Shown: piece by piece, positions 44,591-56,784 of the stretch
Position numbering within the stretch: the first letter of the stretch is position 1
How the letters are laid out: every line of letters starts with the position of its first letter
Assembly: GCA_047518015.1 (NCBI GenBank)
Contig: JAKZRS010000016.1
Span: 1 to 59,789, forward strand
DNA length: 59,789 bases
Direction of reading: 5' to 3'
Origin: Thermodesulfobacteriota bacterium
GTDB lineage: Bacteria; Desulfobacterota_D; UBA1144; Nemesobacterales; Nemesobacteraceae
Position numbers and translations under genes: made by a program
The notes under the pieces: model-generated
What the model saw: the letters and a program-made list of their open reading frames with translations, nothing else
What the model was told of the DNA's origin: nothing
Databases searched by the model: none

Positions 44591-45376
44591 ATGAAATGTC
44601 CTGAGTGCGGTTACACGAGCTTTGATTACCTTGAGGAATGCAAAAAATGCGGGGCCGCCCTGTCTCCCGTACCTATTTTCAAATATCTCTATGAAGACGA
44701 ACTGAGTACGGAAGTGGTTATTGACAGAAGCACGCAACCCGTTCTCAGCGACGTCTCAGCCGGGGTCGAGACGGACGGGGCGACGTTTGAACTCAGCCCT
44801 GCGGGCGAGCTTAACGACGAAGGATTGCATACGGGCGGACTTGAGGATTTTCTCAGCTTTGAGCGGGACTTGGGAGAGGAAATAGCGGAAGCCGAGGTGG
44901 AAGCAGAGGCGCAGGAAATAGAAAAGAAGAGCCCCCCGCCTCTGCCCGATGGAATGATTCCCGCAACCTTCGGGGAGAGAATTTTCGCATTTTCCGTTGA
45001 TCTTCTGTTTACGCTCTGCGTGGCGGCAGCCGCGCTTTTTTCAGGAGCGAACCTCATCGGAGAGACTTTTTTCCTGGGTCTCGGAGAATTTGTTTCCATA
45101 TGGGGGTGGATATGTCTTTGCGCTTACGTACTGGCGACCACTTATTTTATTTTTCTTCCCTCTTGGTGCGGAACGACTCTTGGAAACGCGGCCGCGGGTA
45201 TCCGGGTGGTCAGGCAGGACGGTTCACCTGCCGGACTTCAGGCAAACTTCCTAAGGTGGGCCTGCTGGGTTTTTTCCGTAGCCACCGTTTTTCTGGGTTT
45301 TGCGCTGGCGTTGTCTGACCCGCAACGCAAAACTCTCAGCGACCGCCTCTGCGACACTTTTGTCGTGAGGATCTGA
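44591..45376 (+). CDS. RDD-family membrane protein with N-terminal zinc ribbon
   Basis: MKCPECGYTSFDYLEECKKCGA, acidic linker, then the RDD domain (GERIFAFSVDLL...GIRVVRQDG...DRLCDTFVV). Confidence 0.7.
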   Translation: MKCPECGYTSFDYLEECKKCGAALSPVPIFKYLYEDELSTEVVIDRSTQPVLSDVSAGVETDGATFELSPAGELNDEGLHTGGLEDFLSFERDLGEEIAEAEVEAEAQEIEKKSPPPLPDGMIPATFGERIFAFSVDLLFTLCVAAAALFSGANLIGETFFLGLGEFVSIWGWICLCAYVLATTYFIFLPSWCGTTLGNAAAGIRVVRQDGSPAGLQANFLRWACWVFSVATVFLGFALALSDPQRKTLSDRLCDTFVVRI

Positions 45377-45385
45377 TTCAATACG

Positions 45386-46606
45386 ATGCTTATAGAAGAG
45401 CTTGAAAAAAGTATCGAGAATAAGCGGGAGGAAGTTTCATCCTGGATAGATTTCCACTGCGAAAAGGTGATGGTGCCGCTTTACAGCTCTGTCGATCTGC
45501 GTTTCTCCGAGCACAAGATTGCCCCTATAGACACCAACGTTTTTCCCGCAGGCTTTAACAACCTTTCAGACGGATTCAGAAAAAATGCGGGAAAGCTTTT
45601 CAGGGGATATCTTTTTTCCAGGTACCCGAGCGCAAAAAAAATCCTTCTGGTTCCGGAGCTTAATACCAAAAACACTTATTACTGGGAAAACATCTGGGTA
45701 ATAAAGTCTGTTTTAGAGGACGAGGGCTATGAGGTCAGGGTCGGCATCGCGAACGAGGAGTTTCGAAGGGAAAGCGCTTCGTTCAGTTCGGCAAGCGGGC
45801 AGATAATCGAGGCGAAGCGGGTTTTCCAGGAGGAAGGCTCGGCGATGATAGACGGCTTTGTGCCTGATATCGTGATGATAAATAACGATTTTTCGGAAAG
45901 ATGCCCAAAAACCCTCCACAATCTGCGCCAGCCCGTTTTACCGCCCATTGAAATAGGATGGCACGCTAGAAAGAAAGATGTGCATTTCGAGTTTTATAAC
46001 CGTCTCTGTGGCGAACTTGCCGACATACTGGAAGTTGATCCCTGGGTGATGTCGGTTGAAACCGCTTTGGAAAGCGGAGTGGATTTTGATTTTCCCGAGG
46101 ACAGGGAACGGGTTTCCGCTAGAGCCGGCCAAGTTCTCTCAACAGTCAAAAGCGAGTATCTGAAAAGAGACATAGATCACAAGCCTTCGCTTTTTATTAA
46201 GAGTAATTCAGGTACCTACGGCATGGCTGTTACGAGTGTCAGTGACCCCAGAAGCATCATAGAGATGAATTCGCGCGACAGGAAAAGAATGCGGGTTTCC
46301 AAAGGGGGAATGCCCGTTCGGGACGTGGTGATACAGGAAGGGGTGCCTACGTCGCTTCGCGTCGGGAACGGCCTTGTCGGCGAGCCCGTTGTTTACCTTA
46401 TTCAGTCCCAGGTGGCGGGGATGTTCTACAGGGTTAACTCCCTCCGGGGCGAACTTGAGAACCTTAACTCAAAGGGAATGGAATTTCTGCCGTGCGAGGC
46501 CTCTTTGCCAAACGGTATTCCGCCGGTGTTTGACCTTGTTTCAAAAGTTGCCACCATCGCCGCGGGCTACGAAATAGAAAAAGTCCTGAAAGACGTAGAT
46601 TGCTGA
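45386..46606 (+). CDS. putative glutamate--cysteine ligase of the rare GshA (Acidithiobacillus-type) family
   Basis: 406 aa. YSSVDLRFSEHKIAPIDTNVFPAGFNNL and LFIKSNSGTYGMAV...VIQEGVPT resemble my memory of that family. Not verified by search. Confidence 0.5.
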   Translation: MLIEELEKSIENKREEVSSWIDFHCEKVMVPLYSSVDLRFSEHKIAPIDTNVFPAGFNNLSDGFRKNAGKLFRGYLFSRYPSAKKILLVPELNTKNTYYWENIWVIKSVLEDEGYEVRVGIANEEFRRESASFSSASGQIIEAKRVFQEEGSAMIDGFVPDIVMINNDFSERCPKTLHNLRQPVLPPIEIGWHARKKDVHFEFYNRLCGELADILEVDPWVMSVETALESGVDFDFPEDRERVSARAGQVLSTVKSEYLKRDIDHKPSLFIKSNSGTYGMAVTSVSDPRSIIEMNSRDRKRMRVSKGGMPVRDVVIQEGVPTSLRVGNGLVGEPVVYLIQSQVAGMFYRVNSLRGELENLNSKGMEFLPCEASLPNGIPPVFDLVSKVATIAAGYEIEKVLKDVDC

Positions 46607-46607
46607 A

Positions 46608-47871
46608 ATGTCCGGAAGACAGAAACAGTTTCCGACCGGCGGGATTTCTCTTTTTTTTCTCGTTATGGGCCCCGCTCTCGGCGTTGTCCTTTTCCTTACT
46701 TTAAAATCCCTTGGATGGGAAAGTGACGCATGCTGGACCGCCGCGGTTTCCGCCGTATGCGCGGTGTGGTGGGTGTTTGAGCCTGTACCGATTCCGGTGA
46801 CTTTCCTCTTGCCCTGTTCCCGGTTCTTGGCGTTCTTTCTCCGAGGGAAATCAGCGAATCCTACGGAGCCCCGCTTATATTGTTGCTTCTCGGCGGATTT
46901 ATACTGTCAACGGCAATGGCAAGCAGCGGAGCGCACAGGCGCTTAGCGCTTACCATGGTTAATTTTTTCGGAGGGTCAAGCAATCGGCGCCTGGTATTTG
47001 GTTTCATGGCTGCCTCTGCGGTGCTAAGCATGTGGATTTCCAATACCGCCACTACGCTTATGATGCTTCCCGTCGCCCTAGCCGTTCTGGAAAAATCAGG
47101 AGACAAATCGCTTGCGGTTCCTTTGCTTCTCGGAATCGCATACGCGGCGAGTGTAGGCGGCATCGGAACACCGATAGGAACTCCTCCCAATTTGGTGTTC
47201 AGCGAGATTTATTTCCAGAATACGGGCGTGGAGATTCCGTTTCTCACCTGGATGAGCTGGGGAATTCCGGTCGTCGTAATTTTCGTTCCGATAATCGGCC
47301 TCTATATCCCCCGACGCCTCACTGGTTCGGCGTTCCGGGGGCGAACGACGCCAGCGTGGCACTTGTGGCCGTTATCGTGATGTTTCTCATACCCAACGGC
47401 AAGGGGGGAAAGCTTCTTGATTGGGATACCGCGAGCGACATTCCTTGGGGGATGCTCATTTTGTTCGGTGGCGGTATCGCGATCGCAAAGGCTTTTATCG
47501 CGTCCGGGTTAAGCGCCGCGCTAGGCGAAGCGCTCTCCGGTCTTGCCGTTTTGCACATCGTTTTGATACTGGCCGTTATCTGTCTTGCGATTACTTTTCT
47601 TACGGAACTCACGAGCAACACGGCGACCACGACCCTGATGATGCCGATTCTCGCGGCTACGGCGATGGCGATAAATATCGAACCGGCGTTACTGATGGTG
47701 CCGGCGGCGATGAGCGCAAGCTGCGCGTTTATGCTTCCGGTTGCCACGGCGCCGAACGTTGTGGTGTTCAGTACGGGGGCATTCCCGACGAAAGTTATGG
47801 CGAGAGAGGGATTGGCGCTTAATTTTATCGGCGCGTTGATTATTACGGCAGTGTGCGCGATTCTGCTTTAA
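46608..47871 (+). pseudogene. DASS/SLC13-family Na+-coupled anion symporter interrupted by two -1 frameshifts
   Basis: Three consecutive ORFs in frames 0, 2 and 1 (46608-46946, 46880-47380, 47032-47871) read through as one transporter: ...AVWWVFEPVPIPVT / LALFPVLGVLSPREISESYGAPLILLLLGGFILS...WISNTATTLMMLP... / ...HWFGVPGANDASVALVAVIVMFLIP...LTSNTATTTLMMP.... Both SNT hairpin motifs are present. Confidence 0.7.
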
Positions 47872-47889
47872 GCAGAATTAAACATCCCT

Positions 47890-49296
47890 TCACCCTATTT
47901 CTCTTAGTTGGATTGAATCTATACCGGCGACCGTGATAACGTCGGATACGAGCACGACCCGGTCGCCCGACTTTAATATCCGCTTTTGTTTCAGAAGCCC
48001 AAAGGCTCCTTGGATTCTCTGTTCGGGATCTTCGGATTCATCCATGCAATGCGCGATTACGGCTCTGTTCAAGGACAACTGCCGTTTTACTCTACTGTCA
48101 AAAGTTACGGCGTGAATGGGCGTTTTGGCCGGTCTGCAGTTTGTTACAAGCTGAGCCATCAAGCCTCCTTTTGTTATTACTACGAGCGATTTGGCGTCAA
48201 TTGATTCAGCGAGTTCAACCGCCGAAGCCGCTATATGCTGCTTGAGATCTTTTTTAACAAGAAGCTTGCCCATCTGCAGACTTGTTAGTTTCTCTGCCTT
48301 TAAGGCTATTTTGTCGATGTGCTCTATTGACCTTATGGGATGTTTTCCGATTGTCGTTTCACCCGAGAGCATGACCGCATCCACTTCCTCGTAGACTGCG
48401 TTTGAAACATCCGTTACTTCAGCCCGTGTCGGAATGGGGTTCTCAATCATTGATTCGAGCAGATGAGTGGCAACTATGACTCTTTTACCTTTTTCCTGAC
48501 ATTTGCCGACTATCATTCTTTGTACGTCCGGCAATTCCTCAATGCTTATTTCAATGCCCAAATCTCCCCTGGCGACCATGACCGCGTCCGATGCTTTAAC
48601 GATTTCCTCCACGTTGCGCACCCCTTCCTGATCTTCGATCTTAGAGATGATTTTTATTCCTTCACCGTCGGCTCCCAGAAGTCCCCTGAGTTCCAAAACG
48701 TCTTGTGCTTCCCTGACGAAAGAAAGAGCTATGTAGTCAACTTCGTTTTTGACTCCAAATTCTATGTCCGCCTTGTCCTTTTCCGTTATTGAGGGAAGAT
48801 TGACCTTTACCCCGGGCAGATTTACATGACGGTTGCTTTTCATGGTTCCGCCGTCAATTACCTTGCATTCCATGGTCCCATGATCTTTCTTCAGCACTTC
48901 CAAGTTTATGAGCCCGTTGTCCACGGTTATCTTCTCTCCTACCTGAACCTCGTTGATAATGTCCTCATAGTTAATATGAATTGAGGACTCTTCAACGCCA
49001 TCAGGCCTTACGGACACCGTGATTACGTCTCCTTCACTTATATGCAGGTCGCTTTGCAGAACCCCAGTTCTGATCTCGGGTCCCTGAGTGTCAAGTATTA
49101 CCGCGATTGAGTCTTCAATTTCCCTGTTGATGGACTTCACCGTTTTGATTACTTCAAGGTGGCTTTCGTGGGTGCCGTGCGACATGTTGAGGCGTACGGC
49201 GTTCATTCCCGCCTCGTACATTCTCATCAGCATTTCGTACGAACTTGTGGAGGGTCCGGCGGTACAGATTATTTTAGTTTTTCTAAAAGGTTCCAT
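47890..49296 (-). CDS. pyk: pyruvate kinase
   Basis: RKTKIICTAGPST...MNAVRLNMSHG...MVARGDLGIEI. Confidence 0.9.
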   Translation of the reverse strand: MEPFRKTKIICTAGPSTSSYEMLMRMYEAGMNAVRLNMSHGTHESHLEVIKTVKSINREIEDSIAVILDTQGPEIRTGVLQSDLHISEGDVITVSVRPDGVEESSIHINYEDIINEVQVGEKITVDNGLINLEVLKKDHGTMECKVIDGGTMKSNRHVNLPGVKVNLPSITEKDKADIEFGVKNEVDYIALSFVREAQDVLELRGLLGADGEGIKIISKIEDQEGVRNVEEIVKASDAVMVARGDLGIEISIEELPDVQRMIVGKCQEKGKRVIVATHLLESMIENPIPTRAEVTDVSNAVYEEVDAVMLSGETTIGKHPIRSIEHIDKIALKAEKLTSLQMGKLLVKKDLKQHIAASAVELAESIDAKSLVVITKGGLMAQLVTNCRPAKTPIHAVTFDSRVKRQLSLNRAVIAHCMDESEDPEQRIQGAFGLLKQKRILKSGDRVVLVSDVITVAGIDSIQLREIG

Positions 49297-49512
49297 AAGC
49301 GGGGAAATATGTCGGTAAATTTAAAAAATGCAAAGTTCTTTTAACTCGAAGTTAATATACCGAGATGACAGGAAGGATGTGGGTTGCTGAAGCACGTTTG
49401 AATTTTTCGAAATTTTCTGAACAATCCACGCTTTTTTGACAGCGTGCCTGTTTTGTGATAGTAAACTGCTTTCTAATCTGACGAAATCCCTGAATTTCCC
49501 GAGACAAGACAT

Positions 49513-50793
49513 ATGGAATACATTCAGCATTTATCAGTGGAAAAATTCATTCTTTATCTTCTGATAATTCTTGTTTTCGCCAAGGCCTTCGGCCGACTGG
49601 CCGAAAAAATTGGACAGCCATCGGTCCTCGGGGAACTTCTTGCCGGGGTCGTTCTGAGTGCGAGCGTTTTGGCGCTTATTCCATCTACCGAAGGCATGGT
49701 CGGATATGATGTTTTTTACCTGCTCGCGGAAATAGGGGTCGTTCTTCTTCTTTTCGAAATAGGTCTTGAGACCAGACTTGTGGACCTGATAAAAGTGGGT
49801 CCCGTCTCGGCGCTTGTCGCCGTAGTCGGTGTGGTACTGCCGTTTGTTCTGGGGTACTTCTGCGTAATCTATTTCCAGAAGTTCTCTTTGCTCAATCTTG
49901 AGGCCGGAATGGTCGGGCTAGTAGCTATAGTTACAGGTGCGACATTGACCGCGACAAGTGTTGGGATTACGGCCAGGGTTCTTGCGGATCTTGACCGGCT
50001 CCAGACAAAAGAGGCCAGGATAGTTCTCACCGCCGCCATAATAGATGACGTGCTGGGGCTTATAATTCTTGGGGTCGTAAGCGGAATAGTCAGTTCTTTT
50101 GAACCTGGCGCTTCGGGAGCGGGGCAGATGACCTTCAGTTCGATTGCCCTTATAACGGTAAAAGCTTTCGGTTTTCTCGCTGTTTCAATATTTCTCGGAA
50201 GGATTGTCGCTCCCAGAATTTTTGGGTTTTTCGCCCGGATCGACAATAACAACCTCGTTTGGATCATGGGAATAGCCTTCTGCTTTGTCTATGCATACTG
50301 CTCGAATCTTTTTTCTCTCGCTCCCATAGTGGGGGCATTCGCGGCCGGTTTGGTTCTTCGCGAAACGGATCAGTTCAAGACTATCGAGAGCGGCGTAAAG
50401 CCCGTTTCACACTTTTTCGCCCCAATATTTTTCGTGATGGTGGGGGCCGCCGTGGATATTTCTGTGTTCAATCCCTTTGTATCTGAAAATATTATGGTAA
50501 TATCAATCGCTTTAATTCTTTTCGCGGTGGCGGTTGTAGGCAAGTACGCAAGCGGTTACGTGGTCTATGAAAAAGGCGTAAGAAAAAGTATAATTGGCGT
50601 CGGAATGATCCCGAGAGGTGAGGTTGGGCTTATTTTCGCCAAGATCGGTCTTGTGCACGGCATTTTCAAAACCGATCTTTTCTCCGCCATCACTGCTATG
50701 GTCATACTGACAACCTTTATAGTGCCCCCGCTTTTAAAACATATGTTTGAAAGCGAGAACAAGGAGCGCAAGCTGACCGGAAGCGGGGTTTAG
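49513..50793 (+). CDS. cation:proton antiporter (CPA2, Kef/NapA-like)
   Basis: 426 aa, about 12 TM. GQPSVLGELLAGVVL and LLFEIGLE motifs. Ends 26 nt before the first atp gene. Confidence 0.85.
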   Translation: MEYIQHLSVEKFILYLLIILVFAKAFGRLAEKIGQPSVLGELLAGVVLSASVLALIPSTEGMVGYDVFYLLAEIGVVLLLFEIGLETRLVDLIKVGPVSALVAVVGVVLPFVLGYFCVIYFQKFSLLNLEAGMVGLVAIVTGATLTATSVGITARVLADLDRLQTKEARIVLTAAIIDDVLGLIILGVVSGIVSSFEPGASGAGQMTFSSIALITVKAFGFLAVSIFLGRIVAPRIFGFFARIDNNNLVWIMGIAFCFVYAYCSNLFSLAPIVGAFAAGLVLRETDQFKTIESGVKPVSHFFAPIFFVMVGAAVDISVFNPFVSENIMVISIALILFAVAVVGKYASGYVVYEKGVRKSIIGVGMIPRGEVGLIFAKIGLVHGIFKTDLFSAITAMVILTTFIVPPLLKHMFESENKERKLTGSGV

Positions 50794-50819
50794 CGAATAA
50801 TCTTGAAATTAAGCTAATC

Positions 50820-51329
50820 ATGAGATTCTCTGGTCTTAGGACATTTTTATATGCTGCGATTTTCGCCCTGGCGGTAGTTCCCCCGGCAAGTGCCGCGGAG
50901 AACCTGCTTAGCGTCGATAAAACTGTAGTAATTCAGCTTCTTATTTTTCTGGTAGCACTCTTTCTCCTTAACAGGCTCGTGTTCCGTCCCCTTCTCGGGG
51001 TCTGGGACAGGAGGGATAAGCTTACCGCTGGCACGCTCCGGGAGGCTGAAGAGATGACTCGGAGGGCCGAGAGCACTATTACCGAGTACAACGAAAAACT
51101 CGCCGAGGCTAGGGTTCAGGCGACGGAGACCAGAAACGAACTCCGGCAGCAGGGGCAAAGCGAATCTTCAAAGATGCTTCTTTCGGCAAGAGAGGCCGCT
51201 CAGGGGGAACTTGAAGGAGCGAGAGGGACTCTTGAGAGTGAGGTCGCGAAGATAAGGGTGGATTTGCAGGGCGAGATAGAGTCGCTTGCCACGGAAATAA
51301 GCAACCGTGTATTGAGGAAGGGAGCGTAG
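50820..51329 (+). CDS. ATP synthase F0 subunit b'
   Basis: 169 aa. Single N-terminal TM plus a long charged coiled coil. First of two b-type genes. Confidence 0.8.
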   Translation: MRFSGLRTFLYAAIFALAVVPPASAAENLLSVDKTVVIQLLIFLVALFLLNRLVFRPLLGVWDRRDKLTAGTLREAEEMTRRAESTITEYNEKLAEARVQATETRNELRQQGQSESSKMLLSAREAAQGELEGARGTLESEVAKIRVDLQGEIESLATEISNRVLRKGA

Positions 51330-51374
51330 CTTTGAAACCGGCTCTGGATTTTAATTTTTCGGGAGAAACACGAA

Positions 51375-51884
51375 TTGGATAGCCACTTTGACTGGGTGTT
51401 CGTAATAAAGCATGCCGTTAACTTGGGTTTGCTGCTGGGTCTTCTCATATACCTTATCAGAAAACCCTTTCTTTCTTTTCTGAAAAGCAGAAAGGAAAGG
51501 CTCCGCTCAGAAGTGGACAGGGCAGCGACAGCGGCGGAGCAGGCGAAAATAACGCTTGAGGAATACTCAGCAAAACTTGATGCGGTGGCCTCCGAGGTAG
51601 CGGCTCTTCAGGAGAACATAAGAAAACAGGGAGAGACCGAAAGGGGCGAGCTTGTGTCTTCGGCGGAGAAAAGCTGCGAAATGATAAAAAAAGAGGTTGA
51701 GGATACGATTCGTCTTGAGACCACAAAGGCGGTCTCCGAAATACAGTCAGAAGTAGTCGACTCGGCGCTTGCGCTTGCCGAGAAGATAATAAAGGAACGG
51801 GTTGACGCGGGTTTTACGACCGATTCGGTTGACGATTTCATAAAAATGATCGAGGAAGGAAAATGGCAACAGTTGCGACACTGA
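51375..51884 (+). CDS. atpF: ATP synthase F0 subunit b
   Basis: 169 aa, TM plus coiled coil. TTG start. Confidence 0.8.
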   Translation: MDSHFDWVFVIKHAVNLGLLLGLLIYLIRKPFLSFLKSRKERLRSEVDRAATAAEQAKITLEEYSAKLDAVASEVAALQENIRKQGETERGELVSSAEKSCEMIKKEVEDTIRLETTKAVSEIQSEVVDSALALAEKIIKERVDAGFTTDSVDDFIKMIEEGKWQQLRH

Positions 51885-52405
51885 GAGATCTTGTCTCGGC
51901 ACTTGTGGATTCCGCGGCGGATGAGCGCGAACTTTTGGGGATAAGAGCCGACGTGGAGAGTTTCCTTGAGCAGATCTGCAGTTCGGGGGAGTTACGGAAC
52001 GTTCTTTTAAGCATGGTGTTTTCTATGGAAGAGAAAAAGGCGGTCGTGGAGGATTTTCTTGAGGCGGCGTCTTCGCTTGAGATTACGAAAAGATTTATTC
52101 TGCTCGTTTTGGAGATGGAGAAGGTTGCGACGCTTCTCGGCTCAAAGGAAGCTGTGCTCGCAAGACTTGACGAAGCGGTAGGAAAGGTGACGGCCGAGAT
52201 TACTTCGGCTAGGGATCTTAGCCAAAGCGATGTCGAGAGACTCGGTGCAGCTCTTCGCGCGGCGACCGGAAAGACGGTTGAGGTGTCGCTTAAGGTCGAT
52301 CCTTTAATGATAGGTGGAATAAAGGCACAGGTAGGGGACAAGGTTTACGATAACAGCGTCAGGACACAGCTTGAGAGAATACGAGGTGTTCTTTCTCCGT
52401 CCTAA
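51863..52405 (+). CDS. atpH: ATP synthase F1 delta subunit
   Basis: 180 aa, OSCP-like (…DPLMIGGIKAQVGDKVYDNSVRTQLERI). 22-nt overlap with atpF. Confidence 0.85.
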   Translation: MATVATLRDLVSALVDSAADERELLGIRADVESFLEQICSSGELRNVLLSMVFSMEEKKAVVEDFLEAASSLEITKRFILLVLEMEKVATLLGSKEAVLARLDEAVGKVTAEITSARDLSQSDVERLGAALRAATGKTVEVSLKVDPLMIGGIKAQVGDKVYDNSVRTQLERIRGVLSPS

Positions 52406-52432
52406 TCCCAAATAATTCCAAAGGAGTTAGCA

Positions 52433-53950
52433 ATGCAGGAACTAAAAGCAGAAAGTATAGGCGAGATTCTGAGAAACAGGATAAAAGGCTATGAACGAAA
52501 AGTGGATACCGAAGAAGTCGGAACTATTATCTCCCTCGGCGACGGTATCGCCCGGGTTTACGGTCTTGATCAGGCGGTAGCGGGAGAGCTTGTCGAGTTT
52601 GACGGCGGGATCACCGGACTTGTCCTGAACCTTGAAGAAGATAATGTCGGTGTCGCTCTTTTCGGAGAAGACTCCCACCTGAGCGAAGGAGGGACGGTAA
52701 AGCGCACGGGGCGCATCGCCGAGGTGCCGGTCGGAGAGGCTCTTGGCGGAAGGGTGGTTGACGCGCTCGGAAGGCCGATTGACGGTCTCGGCGAAATAGC
52801 TGCCGCTGGAACAAAGCAGATTGAGGTAAAGGCCCCTGGAGTCATTTACCGCCAGTCGGTGAGTGAACCCCTTCAGACTGGGCTTAAGTCCGTTGATTCC
52901 ATGATACCGATAGGAAGGGGGCAGAGGGAACTTATCCTGGGGGACCGCCAGGTTGGAAAGACCGCTATTGCTATTGACACGATAATAAACCAGAGGGAAG
53001 AGGACGTTCACTGCATATACGTGGCCATAGGACAGAAACAGTCAACCGTGGCTCAGGTCGTCGACAAGCTTAAGGAGCATGACGCCATGAAGTACACGAC
53101 CATAGTTTCCGCCACGGCCGGCACGCCGGCGCCTTTTCAGTTTCTGGCTCCTTTTTCCGGCTGCGCCATGGGAGAGTACTTCAGGGACAGCGGACGCCAC
53201 GCGCTCATAATATACGATGATCTGACAAAACACGCGTGGTCGTATCGGCAGCTCTCGCTTCTTCTCAAGAGACCGCCGGGACGCGAGGCGTACCCGGGAG
53301 ACGTTTTCTATCTTCACTCCAGACTTCTTGAGCGCGCCGCCAAGATGAGAGACGAGGACGGAGGCGGGTCGCTTACGGCGCTTCCCATAATCGAAACGCA
53401 GGCGGGTGACGTTTCCGCTTACATTCCAACAAACGTGATTTCCATTACCGACGGGCAGATATACCTTGAGAGCGATCTTTTCTACTCGGGTGTCCGCCCC
53501 GCGATTAACGTCGGTCTTTCAGTTTCCAGGGTAGGGGGAAGCGCGCAGATAAAGGCGATGAAAAACGTCGCCGGAACCCTGAGGCTTGAGCTTGCCCAGT
53601 ACAGGGAGGTCGAGGCGTTTGCGCAGTTCGCTTCCGATCTTGACAAGATAACCCAGAATCAGCTCGCCCGGGGAAGCAGGCTTGTTGAAGCCCTCAAGCA
53701 GGATCAGTACGAGCCGCAGGCTGTTGAAAAGCAGATTCTGATCATATTCGCCGTTACAAACGGCTACGTTGACGACTATCCGACCTCCGCGGTGAGAAAA
53801 TACGAAAGGGAGCTGTCTTCTTTCCTTGAATCGAAGCACCCTGAGTACCTAGCGGAAATAAAGGAGAAAAAAGTCATCTCGGACGAACTTAGGGAAAAGC
53901 TTGTGGCTGCGCTGGACGAGCTTGAAAACCAGCTGGGCGAATTTGCCTGA
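52433..53950 (+). CDS. atpA: ATP synthase F1 alpha subunit
   Basis: GDRQVGKT P-loop; 505 aa. Confidence 0.95.
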   Translation: MQELKAESIGEILRNRIKGYERKVDTEEVGTIISLGDGIARVYGLDQAVAGELVEFDGGITGLVLNLEEDNVGVALFGEDSHLSEGGTVKRTGRIAEVPVGEALGGRVVDALGRPIDGLGEIAAAGTKQIEVKAPGVIYRQSVSEPLQTGLKSVDSMIPIGRGQRELILGDRQVGKTAIAIDTIINQREEDVHCIYVAIGQKQSTVAQVVDKLKEHDAMKYTTIVSATAGTPAPFQFLAPFSGCAMGEYFRDSGRHALIIYDDLTKHAWSYRQLSLLLKRPPGREAYPGDVFYLHSRLLERAAKMRDEDGGGSLTALPIIETQAGDVSAYIPTNVISITDGQIYLESDLFYSGVRPAINVGLSVSRVGGSAQIKAMKNVAGTLRLELAQYREVEAFAQFASDLDKITQNQLARGSRLVEALKQDQYEPQAVEKQILIIFAVTNGYVDDYPTSAVRKYERELSSFLESKHPEYLAEIKEKKVISDELREKLVAALDELENQLGEFA

Positions 53951-53970
53951 CACATTAACGGGAAAGAATA

Positions 53971-56330
<2,360 letters not shown>

Positions 56331-56345
56331 CGGGAGACTTGAAAA

Positions 56346-56747
56346 TTGGCTGAAAAACTGCGACTCAAAATAATAACCCCCGATAGGCTCGTGTTTGACG
56401 GCGAGGTCGAGGAACTGGTCGCCCCCGGACAGATGGGGGAATTCGGCGTTTTGCCGGGCCACGTACCTTTTCTCTCCGTGCTTTTTCCTGGGAGGCTCAG
56501 GTTCAAGACCGAGGAGTTGGGGGAGAGCACTCTCATAATCCACGGCGGCCTTGCGGACGTAAAGGATGATACCGTCAGCATACTTACCGATCAATCAGAG
56601 GACCCTGAAGAAGTTGACGTCGCGTCCTCCAGAAAAGATGCCGAGGTTTTTCAGAGGGAACTTGATGAACTTCAGGACGCGGAAGCTTCAGAGAGAGAGG
56701 AGCTTGATAAAAAAGTGAGGATAGCACGCGCCAGAGTGGGAGAGTAA
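56346..56747 (+). CDS. atpC: ATP synthase F1 epsilon subunit
   Basis: LRLKIITPDRLVFDGEVEELVAPGQMGEFGVLPGH. TTG start. Confidence 0.9.
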   Translation: MAEKLRLKIITPDRLVFDGEVEELVAPGQMGEFGVLPGHVPFLSVLFPGRLRFKTEELGESTLIIHGGLADVKDDTVSILTDQSEDPEEVDVASSRKDAEVFQRELDELQDAEASEREELDKKVRIARARVGE

Positions 56748-56784
56748 TCCCCCTTTTTCAGAGTTTGGCCCGTGGGGGACCTAC

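Noticed and set aside
46795-47345. Programmed ribosomal frameshifting in the DASS gene
   Set aside because: No slippery heptamer plus stimulatory structure is visible at either junction. Two separate shifts in a transporter have no precedent I know of. A mutation or sequencing indel is the simpler explanation.
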